NCBI GenBank assembly: GCA_001949185.1
Contig: BDGG01000010.1
Location: forward strand, 411,337 to 475,336
Source of the DNA: Ramazzottius varieornatus
Taxonomy: Eukaryota; Animalia; Tardigrada
DNA length: 64,000 bases
Reading direction: 5' to 3'
Part shown: positions 11,601 through 23,800 of the stretch, one piece after another
Layout of the letters: the number at the start of each line of letters is the position of its first letter
Numbering within the stretch: the first letter of the stretch is position 1
The notes under the pieces: model-generated
Database searches by the model: none
What the model was told of the DNA's origin: nothing
What the model saw: only the letters and a program-made list of their open reading frames with translations
Program-made: the position numbers and the translations under genes

Positions 11601-14527
11601 TACGGCTCCTAGACGCTNNNNNNNNNNNNNNNNNNNNNNNNNNNNNNNNNNNNNNNNNNNNNNNNNNCAGCTGATCGGCTGATGAATTTATGCTCAATCA
11701 AAACGCTCAATCAATGATCTTTATGTCACTGCAGCGTCTAGGAGCCGTAACTTCCGGATCCCGCAGTAGCTTCCAGGATTTTTCTTCTGACTAGTTCTAT
11801 AGCTCAAACTGTAGAGGAAAGTCTCTTCTATCTTCCTGCGGTATCGGTTTCAGCATCGGGATTCAGCGGTTGCCGTTATCCCCTTGTGAAAAGAAGAATC
11901 TCCTAGCTTCAATACGGTGCCTGTTCTTTTTGTGATGTAGGGTCATTTCGATGAGATTTGGGCACTGGCGACTCATCCCAACCACCATCAGTTCGCTACG
12001 GCGTCGTACGACCGTTACTTGACGTTGTGGAGTGCCTCGGACAAGGTGCCTGTCTGGTCGATGGAAATGCAGGTTGGTGCTTTCTACAGCTTCCTTCTAC
12101 ACTATTCTCAACTGATTCTCAACTCAACTAGAGAGCCGACTGGGCTTGACTTTGGGTGTGTCTGGTGTTTTGATCAGGATGGTATACACAGCATATGCTT
12201 TCATCCCGATGGCGACCTGATCGCGGTAGCGACGATATCGGGACGCTGGAGTGTGGTGGACACGCTAACCAAGGAAATCGTGTCCTCGCAGAACGTCAAC
12301 GAAGATACGCAAGACCTGCTCTCCTGCATCAAGTACTCGCCTGGTAAACAAACTCACATCCAGGACCATAATGGACCTGTCTTGCAAGTCATGTTTTCAG
12401 CTTGCACAGCATAAGTATAGGTCTTATGCTGTGCAGTTATCCACGGCTTATGTTTTGCCTAATATCGCTGCACAGACTTTGAAATTCTGTGCAAGCTGAG
12501 TTGATTGTACTATTGACCACTTAGGTCGAAATTTGAAATTTCGGTGGAGTGGAGCGTGATCAGACCAATCAGCGAATTGGACTTGGCGCGTCAAGTGATC
12601 CGAGCTACACGCCTCTCCCACATTGCGCCACTTGACTTCCGCTCTCGGTCCTTCTCGAAATCCATCATGTTTTCGACCGAAACTAGCATTGCAGTTAGGA
12701 AGAGATAATTGTCTTCCCGAAGCTATCGCCAGAAAAAGCGAAAGAAGTCCGGGCTTTATCCAGTAGAGGGCTAAATGACAGGCCCCGCGAATTCCGATGC
12801 CCTGCTGACCTCGCGCGGCCTAACATCCCTTTATGCTAATATTCTGTGCCGGAAGTGAGCAAACCGCGAAACGGTTTCTGCACAGAAACTGACACAGTAT
12901 AAAATCATGAGATTTTATTCTATTCAGAGCCGAAACGTGACTTGCGAAACAGGTCTATTATGGTCCTGCATGTGTGGGTAGAGGAAATCGTAGTAAAAAG
13001 TCGAAACATGAGGGGGATGGTCATGGGATATTGTATTAATGTAACTTCTCATAACTATGCGGAATCCGAAGCCCCTGTTATAATGGATGGTGATCTAGTG
13101 ATCGGTATCGAGGTATTCGCCGAATAAGAAACGAATTTATACCAAGTGTCTAAAACAACTACACGTACGATGAAAAATTATGGGACCAGGCCTTTTCGCT
13201 ACGGCGGTACGGGAGCACGTAAGTACGCGATCAATTTACACTGCAGTAATGTACTTTTCGACACTTTTCTACGGTTCAATTTCTATTTTGCCGTCCTTTC
13301 CGCCTGTCCTATAATTTTTACTGTCCTATAATTTTTACTGTACTATAATTTTTCATCGTACGTGTACTGTACGTACTTTTACCCATAGATGCCGCCAGCC
13401 ATAAAGTTCGTGCCATGATCTGTCACTAGGAGGTGCACCCCTGTACACCGACTTCCAAAGCTTGGGGTCCACTAATATTGCTTAACCTGAGGGTCCAAAC
13501 TATTTTTTTCCGATCAGCTGTTTTGGGGTGGGGGTGCACTCCTCCCAGGATCATGGCACGAACCTCGTACGGCAGGCGGCATCCATGCTTTTACCTGCTG
13601 CGTTTTGACTTATGTTTCATTACAGATGGACGCTTCATCGCGGTGGCCTCCGTAGATCGTTGCATCTACATGTACCAAGTGCTGGAAGGTGGTAGCAAAT
13701 GTATCAAAGCCGGAAAGCTCATCGGCCACAGTAGCGCCGTTCTCTGCCTGGACTGGTCCGTCGACAGCACTTACCTCCGAAGCAACTCTGACAACTTCGA
13801 ACTTATCTACTGTAAAGCGCTGTTTTCCTCCGTCTTACCCTTTGTGTTGCGTATGTTATTTTTCCGGTTCCAGGGACCCCGGCGACCTTGAAAGTCGTCG
13901 CTAACCCAGCCACCTGTCGCGACGTGGACTGGGACAGCTGGAACTGCATCCTCGAGTTTGGTGTAGCCGGTGTATGGAGCGAGACGGTGCAGGCACTGAG
14001 TGTGGACTGTACGCGGAGTGACTTGGAGGAAGCTTCTCAGCAGACGCCTTCCGTGTTGGCGGTGGGGGATGATGGAGGCAAAGTCAAGCTCTTTACGTTC
14101 CCTGCTATGTCGCTTAAGGTACGAGGAAAACTTGGAGCTGGGCAATCAAACACGACAAGATGGTTTTCAGAAGTGGCGCACAGTGCCAGCCAATTCCTTC
14201 GGAAACGTGCGCCTCATGGGAAAGCAATCAAATTTGACAAGGTTGTTTTCCCAACTGGCGCACGTTGTAGGTGTCGATGACTGACAGGTGCGCCATTTGG
14301 AAAAACGATCTTGTTCTGTTTGTTTTACGGAACTTTCGACTGTACTTGAGTAACGGGTTGTTCTTGGTTTGCAGTCGCAATGTCATGTGTACAATGGGCA
14401 CAGTAACCATGTCAGTTCGGTGCGGTTCTTGCACGATGATAGTCGGTTGCTGACGGCGGGTGGCCGGGATGCCTCGGTGTTGCAGTGGGATTTGGTGCCG
14501 GCATCTACGTCGCCCGTTAAGATTTGA
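5667..14527 (+). CDS. EML: Echinoderm microtubule-associated protein-like (EML/EMAP), multi-exon; first exon 5667-5727 is tentative, well-supported coding starts at 6823
   Basis: Coiled coil RLDHLEKLVHHQADEIVLLRSVIAELVRRV (6831-7192), S/T-rich linker, HELP region KEPVFNP.DGYL...LKLEWAYGYRGRDVRGNL, multiple WD40 exons, C-terminus GHSNHVSSVRFLHDDSRLLTAGGRDASVLQW with stop at 14525-14527. Confidence 0.92.
6565..6673. repeat. Intronic palindromic element, EML 5' intron
   Basis: GGCAGACAAACTCGACCAGATCGTTGTCCCAAGTAGCGCACG...CGTGCGCGACTTGGGAAAACGATCT. Confidence 0.8.
7481..7593. repeat. Intronic palindromic element, EML intron
   Basis: GAGCTCGGCAGACAAAGTCGACAAGAT...CCAAGTGGCGCACG...GTGCGCCACTTG...GATCTTGCTGAATTTGTTTGC. 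Confidence 0.85.
10412..10580. repeat. Intronic palindromic element, double-hairpin copy, EML intron
   Basis: GAGCTCGGCAAACAAACTCGACCAGAT followed by two AAGTGGCGC/GCGCCACTT pairs. Confidence 0.85.
11253..11432. mobile_element. TA-flanked MITE (Tc1/mariner/pogo type), copy 1, in an EML intron
   Basis: TA|CACGCAGGACGAGAAATTATGGTACAG...CTGTACCATAATTTCTCATCTTGCGTG|TA; a second copy lies at 13162-13364. Confidence 0.85.
11464..11887. mobile_element. Foldback/MITE-like element with ~155 bp inverted arms around an N gap
   Basis: 11464-11617 is the approximate reverse complement of 11732-11887. Confidence 0.8.
12397..12499. repeat. Short inverted-repeat element with an internal hairpin
   Basis: Termini TCAGCTTGCACAG...CTGTGCAAGCTGA; internal hairpin GCACAGCATAAG-n7-CTTATGCTGTGC. 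Confidence 0.55.
13162..13364. mobile_element. TA-flanked MITE, copy 2, in an EML intron
   Basis: TA|CACGTACGATGAAAAATTAT...ATAATTTTTCATCGTACGTG|TA; internal sequence homologous to 11253-11432. Confidence 0.85.
13384..13587. mobile_element. hAT-type MITE in an EML intron
   Basis: Termini CATAGATGCCGCC...GGCGGCATCCATG, extended internal inverted symmetry, 8-bp TSD CTTTTACC (13376-13383 and 13588-13595). Confidence 0.85.
14135..14325. repeat. Intronic palindromic element, double copy, last EML intron
   Basis: GAGCTGGGCAATCAAACACGACAAGAT..AAGTGGCGCAC..GTGCGCC, repeated twice. Confidence 0.8.
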
Positions 14528-15213
14528 AATTATGGATAGTGCGAGTGCCTTTTATGTAAACCTCCGTCGTTCAGTTTCAGTAAGTTTCAAGTGCCGAGTC
14601 GGGCTTTGAATATGATTTAGAAATCAAAAGAAAGGCTTTTCTTCTTGTTTTAACGTGTCTCACATGCTCTTTTCGTTTGACTTTTAAAGAGAATATGTAT
14701 CCAATCACCAGCATGCTATCGCCAGTCCGTTTCATGACGCCGGTGGGGCGGTGACCAGTGGGTCAAAGAGCTCTCGCTTGAAAGTTTTGAAAGGTGAAGT
14801 TTGACTCGAGAGTTTTTCTCACTGGTGATGCGGGCCGAATTGAAAAGACATTGACTGGCAGCCATATCGCAGTTATCGCTGCTGGTATGAAGATGAAGTT
14901 GAACTTACTGCAGGAGTGCAGTTGTGTGCTGCAAGTTACAGTTTCAACTCTACACGAGACTGTTTCTTGCACTCGATGCGGCCCCTGGCGAATTGTCCGT
15001 TGCGGACTGTCGGGGGACGAGAGAACGAAAGTGAGTGGATGGGTGTCTACAATGTTGGTCTAGACAGAAAAAATGGAAGGCGCCTAACGGATGCTCTAGT
15101 ACAAAGGCAAAAAGACATAGTATAAATTTCCGATAGATGGTCATGAATGAGCAAGAAAAGAGTGGAAAGTCTTGCGTCCGGGAAAAAAACACCCCTTTTA
15201 GCCTATCAACAGC

Positions 15214-15663
15214 TCAACCATTCATTGGACAAGGATAGTTCCAGGTCACTTTACCCGAGTTGTTTTTGTAGTACAGCAAGTCACCATGGTGATGGTTCTC
15301 CACTGGGAAAATATTCAAAACTCCCTCGAGGACTTCCGTACAGCGGGCCTCGTCTTCAGAAGGACCGCACTTGATGAGGATGACGTAGTCGTTGCGGTCG
15401 GGATGAATCTGTATGTAGCGCAGCGTGCTGACCGCGATGTGTGACACCATGGGCAGTCCGCCGTTGGCGTACAGACCGCACAGCTCGGCCCATCGTTGGT
15501 CAATGGTCTGCGGCGAGTAGGGCAGGATCCAGTAGCCCTGGGCTTCGGAATAAGCTTGAGCAGCGTCGAGCAACTCCAGCCACTTGTATCGGGTATGCAG
15601 GGTGGGGATGTCGGTGTGGGGTCCAGAAAAAGGGAATGCCTGGGGATGCGCTGCTGCAGCCAT
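15214..15663 (-). CDS. Intronless ~149 aa protein resembling DUF1917/Bles03 (C11orf68-like, eIF4E-like fold)
   Basis: Uninterrupted ORF MAAAAHPQ... with G-Y-W-I-L..IDQRW..L-Y..G-L...VST...VILIKCGPSEDE...L-Y-Y-K, a pattern recalled from the DUF1917 family (GKW..D..W...KVST..VI.+Y...YK). Upstream TATA box. Family call is from memory, not a search. Confidence 0.6.
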   Translation of the reverse strand: MAAAAHPQAFPFSGPHTDIPTLHTRYKWLELLDAAQAYSEAQGYWILPYSPQTIDQRWAELCGLYANGGLPMVSHIAVSTLRYIQIHPDRNDYVILIKCGPSEDEARCTEVLEGVLNIFPVENHHHGDLLYYKNNSGKVTWNYPCPMNG

Positions 15664-15845
15664 GATGATCCGAAGTTGCTCGAGGTCCTCGAAGGTTCCC
15701 GGAGATTTCCGACAAGCTACCAAAGGCTTGCGAGGGTTTTGAAGGTCCTGGAGTGCTCCGAAGGTTCCTGTAGTGGCTTGGCGTTGGGGAGTGGTGTGGC
15801 AACGAGAGAAGGTGGATTGTCGAAGGTGAAAGTGGGGACAATGGC

Positions 15846-15875
15846 GAATGAGAAGCGGATTCCTGTGCTTTTATA
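15846..15875 (-). promoter_or_regulatory. Candidate core promoter (TATAAAA and Inr-like TCATTC) of the DUF1917-like gene
   Basis: Minus-strand TATAAAA at 15875-15869 and TCATTC at 15851-15846, about 190 nt upstream of the ATG. Confidence 0.45.
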
Positions 15876-16740
15876 GGAGAAAACAACGTTGCATCGGAGC
15901 TGTACGTTCTGCCTGTGTCTTCTCTGATGCGCTTTGCGTCAGACGTATAATTGCTTTGAACTTGTCGTCTTCCGCCCATTATCGTCCGCCTTGATGTACA
16001 CAACAATAGCATCTGTTCATTGACTCAGCGTTCAGTGGCCTAGATATTTCGCGCATATAATTACATTCTTCCGCCTTCAGACGGAAGAATTCGGTGTGTA
16101 GTGTCGACCTCTGGTTCTACATGGCTGACTTAGGTGTACCGTTCGGGCAATGCACCGGACCGTCTGGTTTGTTCGGTAGGCATCTACTTTCTGAGTTCGC
16201 TATCCCAGGAGAAAAGTGTTGGGTTGCGAGATGGGGTCGGGTCGGATTGCAGTATCGTTCTGACTTGACGGTCAGCTGAACCCCTGGAAGGAACCCCAAA
16301 GCTGAATGCTGAAGGACAAACGATTTGTTCAGCGTTGCTAATGTGATTCGTTGTTGATTCGGACAGGCAATGTTATCTGAGCGTTGCCGCAAGTAGGATT
16401 TGCAGAATGGTCAGAATGTTATCCGAGTGAGTTTGTCGTTTGATTCTCGCTTATGGTTGATTCTTACAGCATTCACGCAGTTAGCATTGCCTTTACATTC
16501 CTTCCGTGGTTTTAAGCGGTGGAAACTTGATCTGGTAGCCACAAGCCTTTCAATAGTAATAATTTATGAAAAATATACTTCGGAGAGAGTGCACGAGGAT
16601 CTGAAAAACTAGGCTACAAAATGCCAACAGCACAGGGCCAGAAAAGGCGAGACAAAATTAAGTAGATAACAATTACAAACAACAAAAGCTCCAGAAAAGG
16701 AGCGAATAAGATTAGCATAAAAAATCAACAGGTAATTTAA

Positions 16741-16934
16741 AGTGCCAATGAAGTGGGACAAGATTGGTCCGGGTCCGCGTAAAGAATCCCCCCGGTACGC
16801 GCCGTTTTGGCTGTTATGTGTTAAGTCATAGCGATCAGCCGATCGATACACACGTTGACCAGATATTCCACCCACCATCCGCGCGGTCTTTTTACACGCA
16901 CCCAGATCCAAACCTGTCCCGCATCATTGGCACT
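16741..16934. mobile_element. TTAA-flanked MITE, Kolobok-like
   Basis: TTAA|AGTGCCAATGAAGTGGGACAAGATTGG...CCAAACCTGTCCCGCATCATTGGCACT|TTAA. AG..CT ends with a TTAA target fit Kolobok rather than piggyBac (CC..GG). Confidence 0.75.
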
Positions 16935-17814
16935 TTAAAGTAATCGGCCACGGAGACCGAAAAGACGGTTCAAATTATTTAAACTGAGGAAACTGCAAGC
17001 TCGAAGGTCTTGTCCATGCCCAGGACGAAAGAGCCTTCATGAGGCCGTCGTTCTCGGTGGTTTGGCTAAACTGATGCCCAGATGGTAAATCTCAAACACT
17101 TTGGCCAGCACGAGTTACCTGTTTTGCGAAACGCTGCCAAATCGCTAAGATTCACAGGAGGATTGGCTGCGGTAAAATTAAGGCTACTCCAGTCGTTTCC
17201 GGAAATCAGGAGTTTCGGGGAAGGCTGCTAATATGAATCGTTAGTATTTTACTGGCTGAGTTACTTACCGCCGATAGTTCAGATTCTCGAAAAAATCGAA
17301 GAACCCAAATATATCCGCAACAACAGTAGTCGGTATATCCGTTCTCACTAAATCTACAGGTACCTGCAGTACAATGCGTAGCCATAAGGGGAAAGACCCG
17401 CGAAGGTGAAGCGCGAACTCCGATAGTTGAGATCTTGTGGAATACGCCAAGGCGAGTAATTTTGCTAAAGCTAGTGAGTGAAATGTCAGGAACTCAAATG
17501 CTGTTGGACCTGCATTCAATTTTCACACAGTGGAGGCAGTGATTTTGTAACATTTGTCTTTTTGTTCTTGTAAATGCAATCCAGGAACCCGTTACAAAAC
17601 CGGCACAAAGAAAACATAAAAGATGAGCGTTAGTAATGAGCACAAAGAGCTCTGTTGGGTCGTAAGAAGGTACAAGAAACAGAAATATGGAAATGGCGGC
17701 AGCATAAATTTCAGCTGTCGATTCTCCTCGACTTGCAGTACACATGACAGCTTTCACACTGGGCAGTCTCGAATAAACCATCCATGAAATGTTGCGCATG
17801 CGTGCCCATATCAT

Positions 17815-20800
17815 CTACATATCGTCCGTAGTTCCAGGACGACGTTCGCCCAGTGGGTACCACCGCTTGGTACCATCCAAGTGCACAGGATCTACCAAGA
17901 TAACGCATATACTACGTAAGAACGCTCCGAATACCATATGCAGGGAAAAATATAAAGTTCGGTAGACCCACCTGTGAGATCAACGATAACTTCCCCCAGG
18001 AAGTCATCGGCAGACAGGCGATCCCAGTCCCAGACAGTAATCTCAATTTGCTTGTGGTGAATTTCGTTGGGGTCGATGCTTTGGAAGGTGAAAGTTTCTT
18101 TCCATTCAGGGTTGAGCGTTTGCATGATGTGACGTGTTCGATACTTGTACTCACTCCTACAATATTCAAATTGAATTATCATTCCCTTCGTTGATGGTAT
18201 TACGATGAAAGACACTTACGCTCGCCCAGGAACCAAGTTAATTTTGCAGTATGGATCGGAGAAGCCAGACTTGTCTGCCGGCTTCAGGTTCCGTGCCTTG
18301 ATGACTTGTAACGTTAGTGTGCAGCGCTCGTACGTCATCCTCAGCATAATATCGCCAGTGACTGGCGCATGTCCACTCGATGTCGACTGCAAGGTAAAAA
18401 GTTGATGACAAATCGCGCGCATTAGACGGGGTAAACGTTTTCGGGAACACTGCCGTTACCTTTTTGCGCTGCATGGCGGCCGGCGAAGGTGGCACCAGCT
18501 GATTGGGTGCTCGATAAACAACCTCTTCCGCATCGTCGCCCTTATGGCTACCATCCCTCTTCCCGCTGAACAATGAACGGCTGGGTAATGCCGACTTGTC
18601 TGCACTGTCCAGCATTCGAGCTGAAAAACGAAAAGAGTCGATCTGCCCAAACAATGTTTGAAACACGAGATCCAGAGAGTTATCAGTCGTCCGTGAAACT
18701 GGCGTACCTCGTTCAGTTTGCGCAAGGATAGCTTTAGTCTGGTTGCGACTTTGTTCCAGTTCCAGTTCGAGATTCCGGACATTGAAGTCGCTGCAACAAA
18801 AGCACCTCTCAGTTACTCCGTGCCATAGGATGAGCACTTGGTGGAGCCTACCATCGAACCAGCATGTCGACTTCACCGTTGCCTTGTTCAAGGATTTCCT
18901 GCACTTCCTCATATGACTTGTTGGTCAAAGGCACGCCGTTCCATTCCAGCACTTGATCCCCTGTGGAAAAAGTCGATTGCCAACTTGCAACTTTTCTACC
19001 TTTCCGACTGGTGTCCTTCTCACATACCTTCTTTCACTGTGTCCAGGGTAGCCATAATACCATTATCCCATATCTTACTGATGAAGGCACCCAAAGCATT
19101 GCTGTTGGGTATCAGCTTTCCACCAGCTATCCTCACTCCCAGTCCGTTCCCACTGGCACTTCGATCTTTCGGGTCTCGCGTCAGTAGAATCCTCTTCGTT
19201 GCAAAATTATACTTTTGCTAAAAAATGGACAGACGTATGCACTCATGGTTCGCATGGGTACACTCAAAAGTTTCAAGACGGGGACACTTACTTTGACGTG
19301 TTCGGTCGAGCCCAACATGTCTTTCTTGCTCCGCTTGGCCGACATGGACCGGGACAATTGCTCTGCCGAATTCAGCGCATCTTCACCATCGTCCCCCGCC
19401 TCGCTGACATGGTCCTTATCCAGCCCATCTACATCGACCACACGCTGCACTGACAACCTGGTGGCACTTCCGGCTCGCGAAGTCCGCCGTTGTCCATTCT
19501 TTACTGGTGGCAATCCGATAGCCGTTGGCGACTCTGTCGAGAAACTGACACGCGAATCCTCCAATGGCTCACCCAACTCCTCCCCATTCGCCACTTCATT
19601 CCTCATTCGACTGCTGCTTCTTGGAAGTCTTCTACTCAGGGTAGATGTGGTTGAGTTGGGTGGAATGGGTTGCTGTTCGATGTAGGGCACTCTTTGGTCA
19701 ACCAAAGGACCGTTGGTGTTACCCGTGGGGAGGAAGTACGGATCGTCGAATGGCTCGTACATACTCAGGTCGTAGTTATTTTGTAACTGAACATCGCTGG
19801 CCGCCGCCTCCAAATATGAAGACTGCGAAAGCGGAAGTACAAAGTTGGGGTTGGGCAAATCGTTTCGAAACAGATTACTATCGCTGTTGAAGAATGGCTG
19901 ATGACGCTGAAAATGATTGGGGTAGGGTGCGTGCATGTTGCTAATGGAAGCCCGACGTGGTAGGTTAGGCCCGTTGAACAGAAGTGGTCGGAATGGACCG
20001 TCATTGAAATTGTTGATGGTGCCGTTGCGAGTCTGGATCATGCTGGCGCTGGACCAGTGACGTTGCAGAGGCGGAGGAGCTGGACGGCGGTAGTTGGGAG
20101 GAGGAGCGCCGTCGTGGTGGAATGGCGGGAGAGCAGGAGGTGGAAAGTCACAGGGGTGGTAAAGGGCCGAAGGAGGTTGGTTTTCCAGTGCGGTGATGTT
20201 GAGACGAGATGTACTGCGGAAAAGTTCTTTCGTTTCGTAGAGGTTGCGGTTGATCTGTTGCAGTTTAAAGAGAAGGCTTTGAAGCTTCGGATCCTCGGCT
20301 GGACCTTGATCTCGATCACGAACTGCAAAGCAGACGATATACTTTCACTTCAAAACACGTTAACGAACGTATTAATAGTAAAGTGCCGTGGAAAAGGATT
20401 AGGAAGGTTTTACGGGGAAAAGCGGATTAGCCGCTGAGATATCATATAGAAAAAATCAGCAAAATTTGGCTTACAGTCGGCTCTTCTTTGGTCAAAATCT
20501 CGTCGGAAGTCCCGCTCGTTTTCGAACTCCATTTTGCCCATCTCATATCTCCGTATATTATCCAGATCGTCCTCTTTTTTGAGCTGACGGTATTGCTTGA
20601 GGATATTGTGGAAGATTTGCGGATCGGAGGCACTCTGCGAGGCGCCACTGGCGGGCAGCATTCTTTTGTGCAAGCGGTGGTGGTAGCCGTTCTGGCCTTT
20701 GTGATAGATTCCAACAGTTTTTGTTGCCTCTGGCTGGGCATCATTACCGGTGGAGGAAGCAGCGTTGGGCAGGTTGGTCGACAGGTCATAGGGAGGACTG

Positions 20801-23800
20801 AGCGGTCGATTGGGTAGGGAGCCGTAAGGCTTCTGAAAATGCGAGTGGCTACTTGCGTGACGGTCGGCTTTTCGCGCGGCCAACATAAAGAGTTGCTGCT
20901 TGAGCAACTGCACTTTGGGACATTCATTCGCTGGTATGGCCGGTAGATGCTAAATAAACCAAAACAAAATTTACTACAGTCAAGGAATGAAACATCATAG
21001 AATAACTGTTAAATTGCTAGGTGCAATTCTGCTTTGGACTATGACAAACTTGACTTGAGCTAAACTCAGGATGAATTATATACTAGATTCTGGACAAGCA
21101 GATCAACTTTCGTCTCCTTTCAATTCTGCAGTTTTTGTCCTACGAGCGTTGTACACGAGCAGGCTTCTTCCTTGTTGTGTAAGCCACTCGGTTACGGATA
21201 TCGACATTTTGGAAATTCACAGTGACGGTTGTTCGATAATTACGTGACCACATGCCACCATAAAACGCTACATTTGCCCATCGTTGTTATTGGTAAAGCA
21301 CTTTATGTCAGCAAGATTTCCATTCATCCCTTATACAGTATTACCTTATGCTTTTTCCGTTTGTACGAGGCGTGTCGAGCGGCGTTATGGGAAATGGCTG
21401 TCTCTTGCAGCTCCGAGGCGCCGTTCCATTCCGTCACGTTGTGATCAACCTCCGGCTCCACCTCCTCGTTGTCCCCGGCCTTGATCGATACCGGCAACGG
21501 CGGAAGTCGGCGTTCCGTGTGCGTACTAGCTGGAACGAACTTGTAGAAATTGGAACTGAGACGACGCTTTAGTTCCTGCTTTTGCCTCTGTTGCTCTTCA
21601 GGCGTCAGGCAAGTCCCGGAAGAATCGTCGAGGAACATGGTGTCGTCTGGACGCGGAAGGAGAGGCAGGCGACGCTTGCCCCGATTCATCGTCGAGGTCG
21701 CACTTCCGGCTACGAAATAAAATCAGACACTTACCATTTCAACCCAGCCAGAAAGTGTCCACATCGGCCATCATATTCTATGATACAATAGATTCCCGGA
21801 TGACAATATTTTCAAATAAACCGGGTGAAAACTGAATTTCGAAAGCCATGCTTTCAGCCCGTTACATCGCGTGCTTTAGAGATGTAATAAGCAGAAGGGA
21901 AAAGTATGACAGTATGAATGAGTTTGGGGTCGAAATGGTCGAAAGTCAGAATGATATTTCTGGATGGAGCCGGAAGAATGGTGAAGACGGCTAATACCTT
22001 CGGAATGTGTTTGCGAATGCTCAGCGGAGCTTAAGGGTCGTTGGACCAGAGTCAACGCTTCCTCATCGATTTGTGTAGCGCTGTTGGCTACAGTGTTGAC
22101 ATCAAGGGCCTTACTGCTGATACTAGTACTGCTGGCTGCAGTACCATTGGTCATGGCCGGCAAGGGAGCCGACTGGCTTCGCTGGCTGGGAGTCGAAGGG
22201 GATTCGACATAACTGGCCAAGTTGTCCTTCCGGTATGAAGATGGATTGATATTGACTTGGCCGCTGGGAAGCGCGGCTAGGATTACGCTGTGTGATGTAA
22301 GGCGCGGATCGATGGCAGCAGGGTTCCATGTCGCATAATCAATATGGCCCGTCTCTGGGTGAGTGCTAAGAGCTTGTCTTTGCTTGTTACTCGGCTGCTC
22401 GGAAGAGGAAGTAGGAAAGGCTGTCTGCTGGCAACCTGACATTGGCGTCCTCATTGACTCGAAATCGGTGATTAAGGAAGAGACGCTCTTGGCCTCCTTC
22501 GTGGTGGTAGCAGTGGCAAGGTTTCCGGCTCCTGACACTTCTAAAGGTCGCTGAGGTTCTGCCACCTCGTACCTTATGGGAAATGGATTTACCATATTCC
22601 GCAGAGGTTGAACAGGAACACTCTGTTGGTACGACTGCGTGGCGTACTGAGGCAAATTATTCACTAAAAGAAGAACAAATTCAGGGCCCGGAAAACCGAC
22701 AACCCAGCCCGCGGCAAGCTGAACCACACCTACTTTGATTCTGCTCGATCGAAGGAGCCTTCTGCGTAACACTGTAGTTGTCTTGAGGGGAGTTAGTACT
22801 GAAGTTAGAAACAGGTGCGACGTTGGGCGATGGAGAATTAGTCTCGGTAACTTGCGTTTGGGTTTCAGCGCGGAATTTAGCGTAGGCCCGGTGCAGTCCG
22901 GATACACCACTGTCAGGACTATCCGCATGGGTGGGAAAAGGTTCCGCCTGCACTGGCTGAGTGCTCTGTTTTGCAACCTGAGTGGGTGAACCGACCATAG
23001 GTTGAACTCCGGCGGTGAGTGGTATGGGTGCCATGGAGCGAAAGTTTTGAACGTGGCCGCTACGCCGAATATTATTACCGTTGCCATTCTGTTCTTCGGC
23101 TTTCGTTGGAGACACTTTACTTTGATTGTCCTGGTCTGATGTGTACCAGTTTTGGTTATTGCTGTTATTGCCCACGCTGGAATTTCGCGATTGATACTGG
23201 CCAAAGTTATTGGGGCTGGCCACTGTGACGTCCCCACTGGTGCTGTTGGATAAGGAAGGCAAGTCCGACACGACGATGGCGCTGTCGATGGCCCCACTAC
23301 TCGAGGAGCCACTAGCGACCGGCGCAGCCTGCGATCCGTAGTCACTGGTCATGTCTTCTTCCTGTTGGAGGTATCCATACTGGTTATGGTAGGTATGGTA
23401 CGGTTGCGCTTGTGCTGCTTGATTTTTCGTAGAGTCCATGGTGCTTCCGTGTACGGACTGCTCTCCGTACTCGGGGGAGGGGTAGTCGGACAGCGGACCG
23501 TGAGGTGTACGAGTGTCATCGTAGTGTTCTTCCTCTTCGTGAAAGTCCTCTTGGTCCTGGTCCCATTGGTCGTCGGAGGATAGGCCGGGTTTAGGGTAGG
23601 CTGGCCATGTGCCCAATGCGGGGCTAGTTTGGTCGTTGCGCAGCATGCTTTGTTCCGTCATCCACTCTTCCTCGTTGTCGTCATCCTCTTCCTGAAAACC
23701 AAACCACGTAAAAGCTGCATTTTGTTTTCGCCATGGTTGCACTCTAGTGTCTCCACACTCACGTCTCCAAAAGGTTCGGTGTATTGCGAATGGAACTGGG

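Noticed and set aside
21710-21835. Internal promoter or alternative first exon of the Piccolo-like gene (TCAGTT plus GTAAGT donor)
   Set aside because: The implied intron to the next acceptor is only ~25 nt, too short to be credible.
21876-23345. 489 aa ORF as a separate gene
   Set aside because: Its 3' part is a Piccolo-like exon and its 5' part is an alternative frame of the preceding exon read through a short intron.
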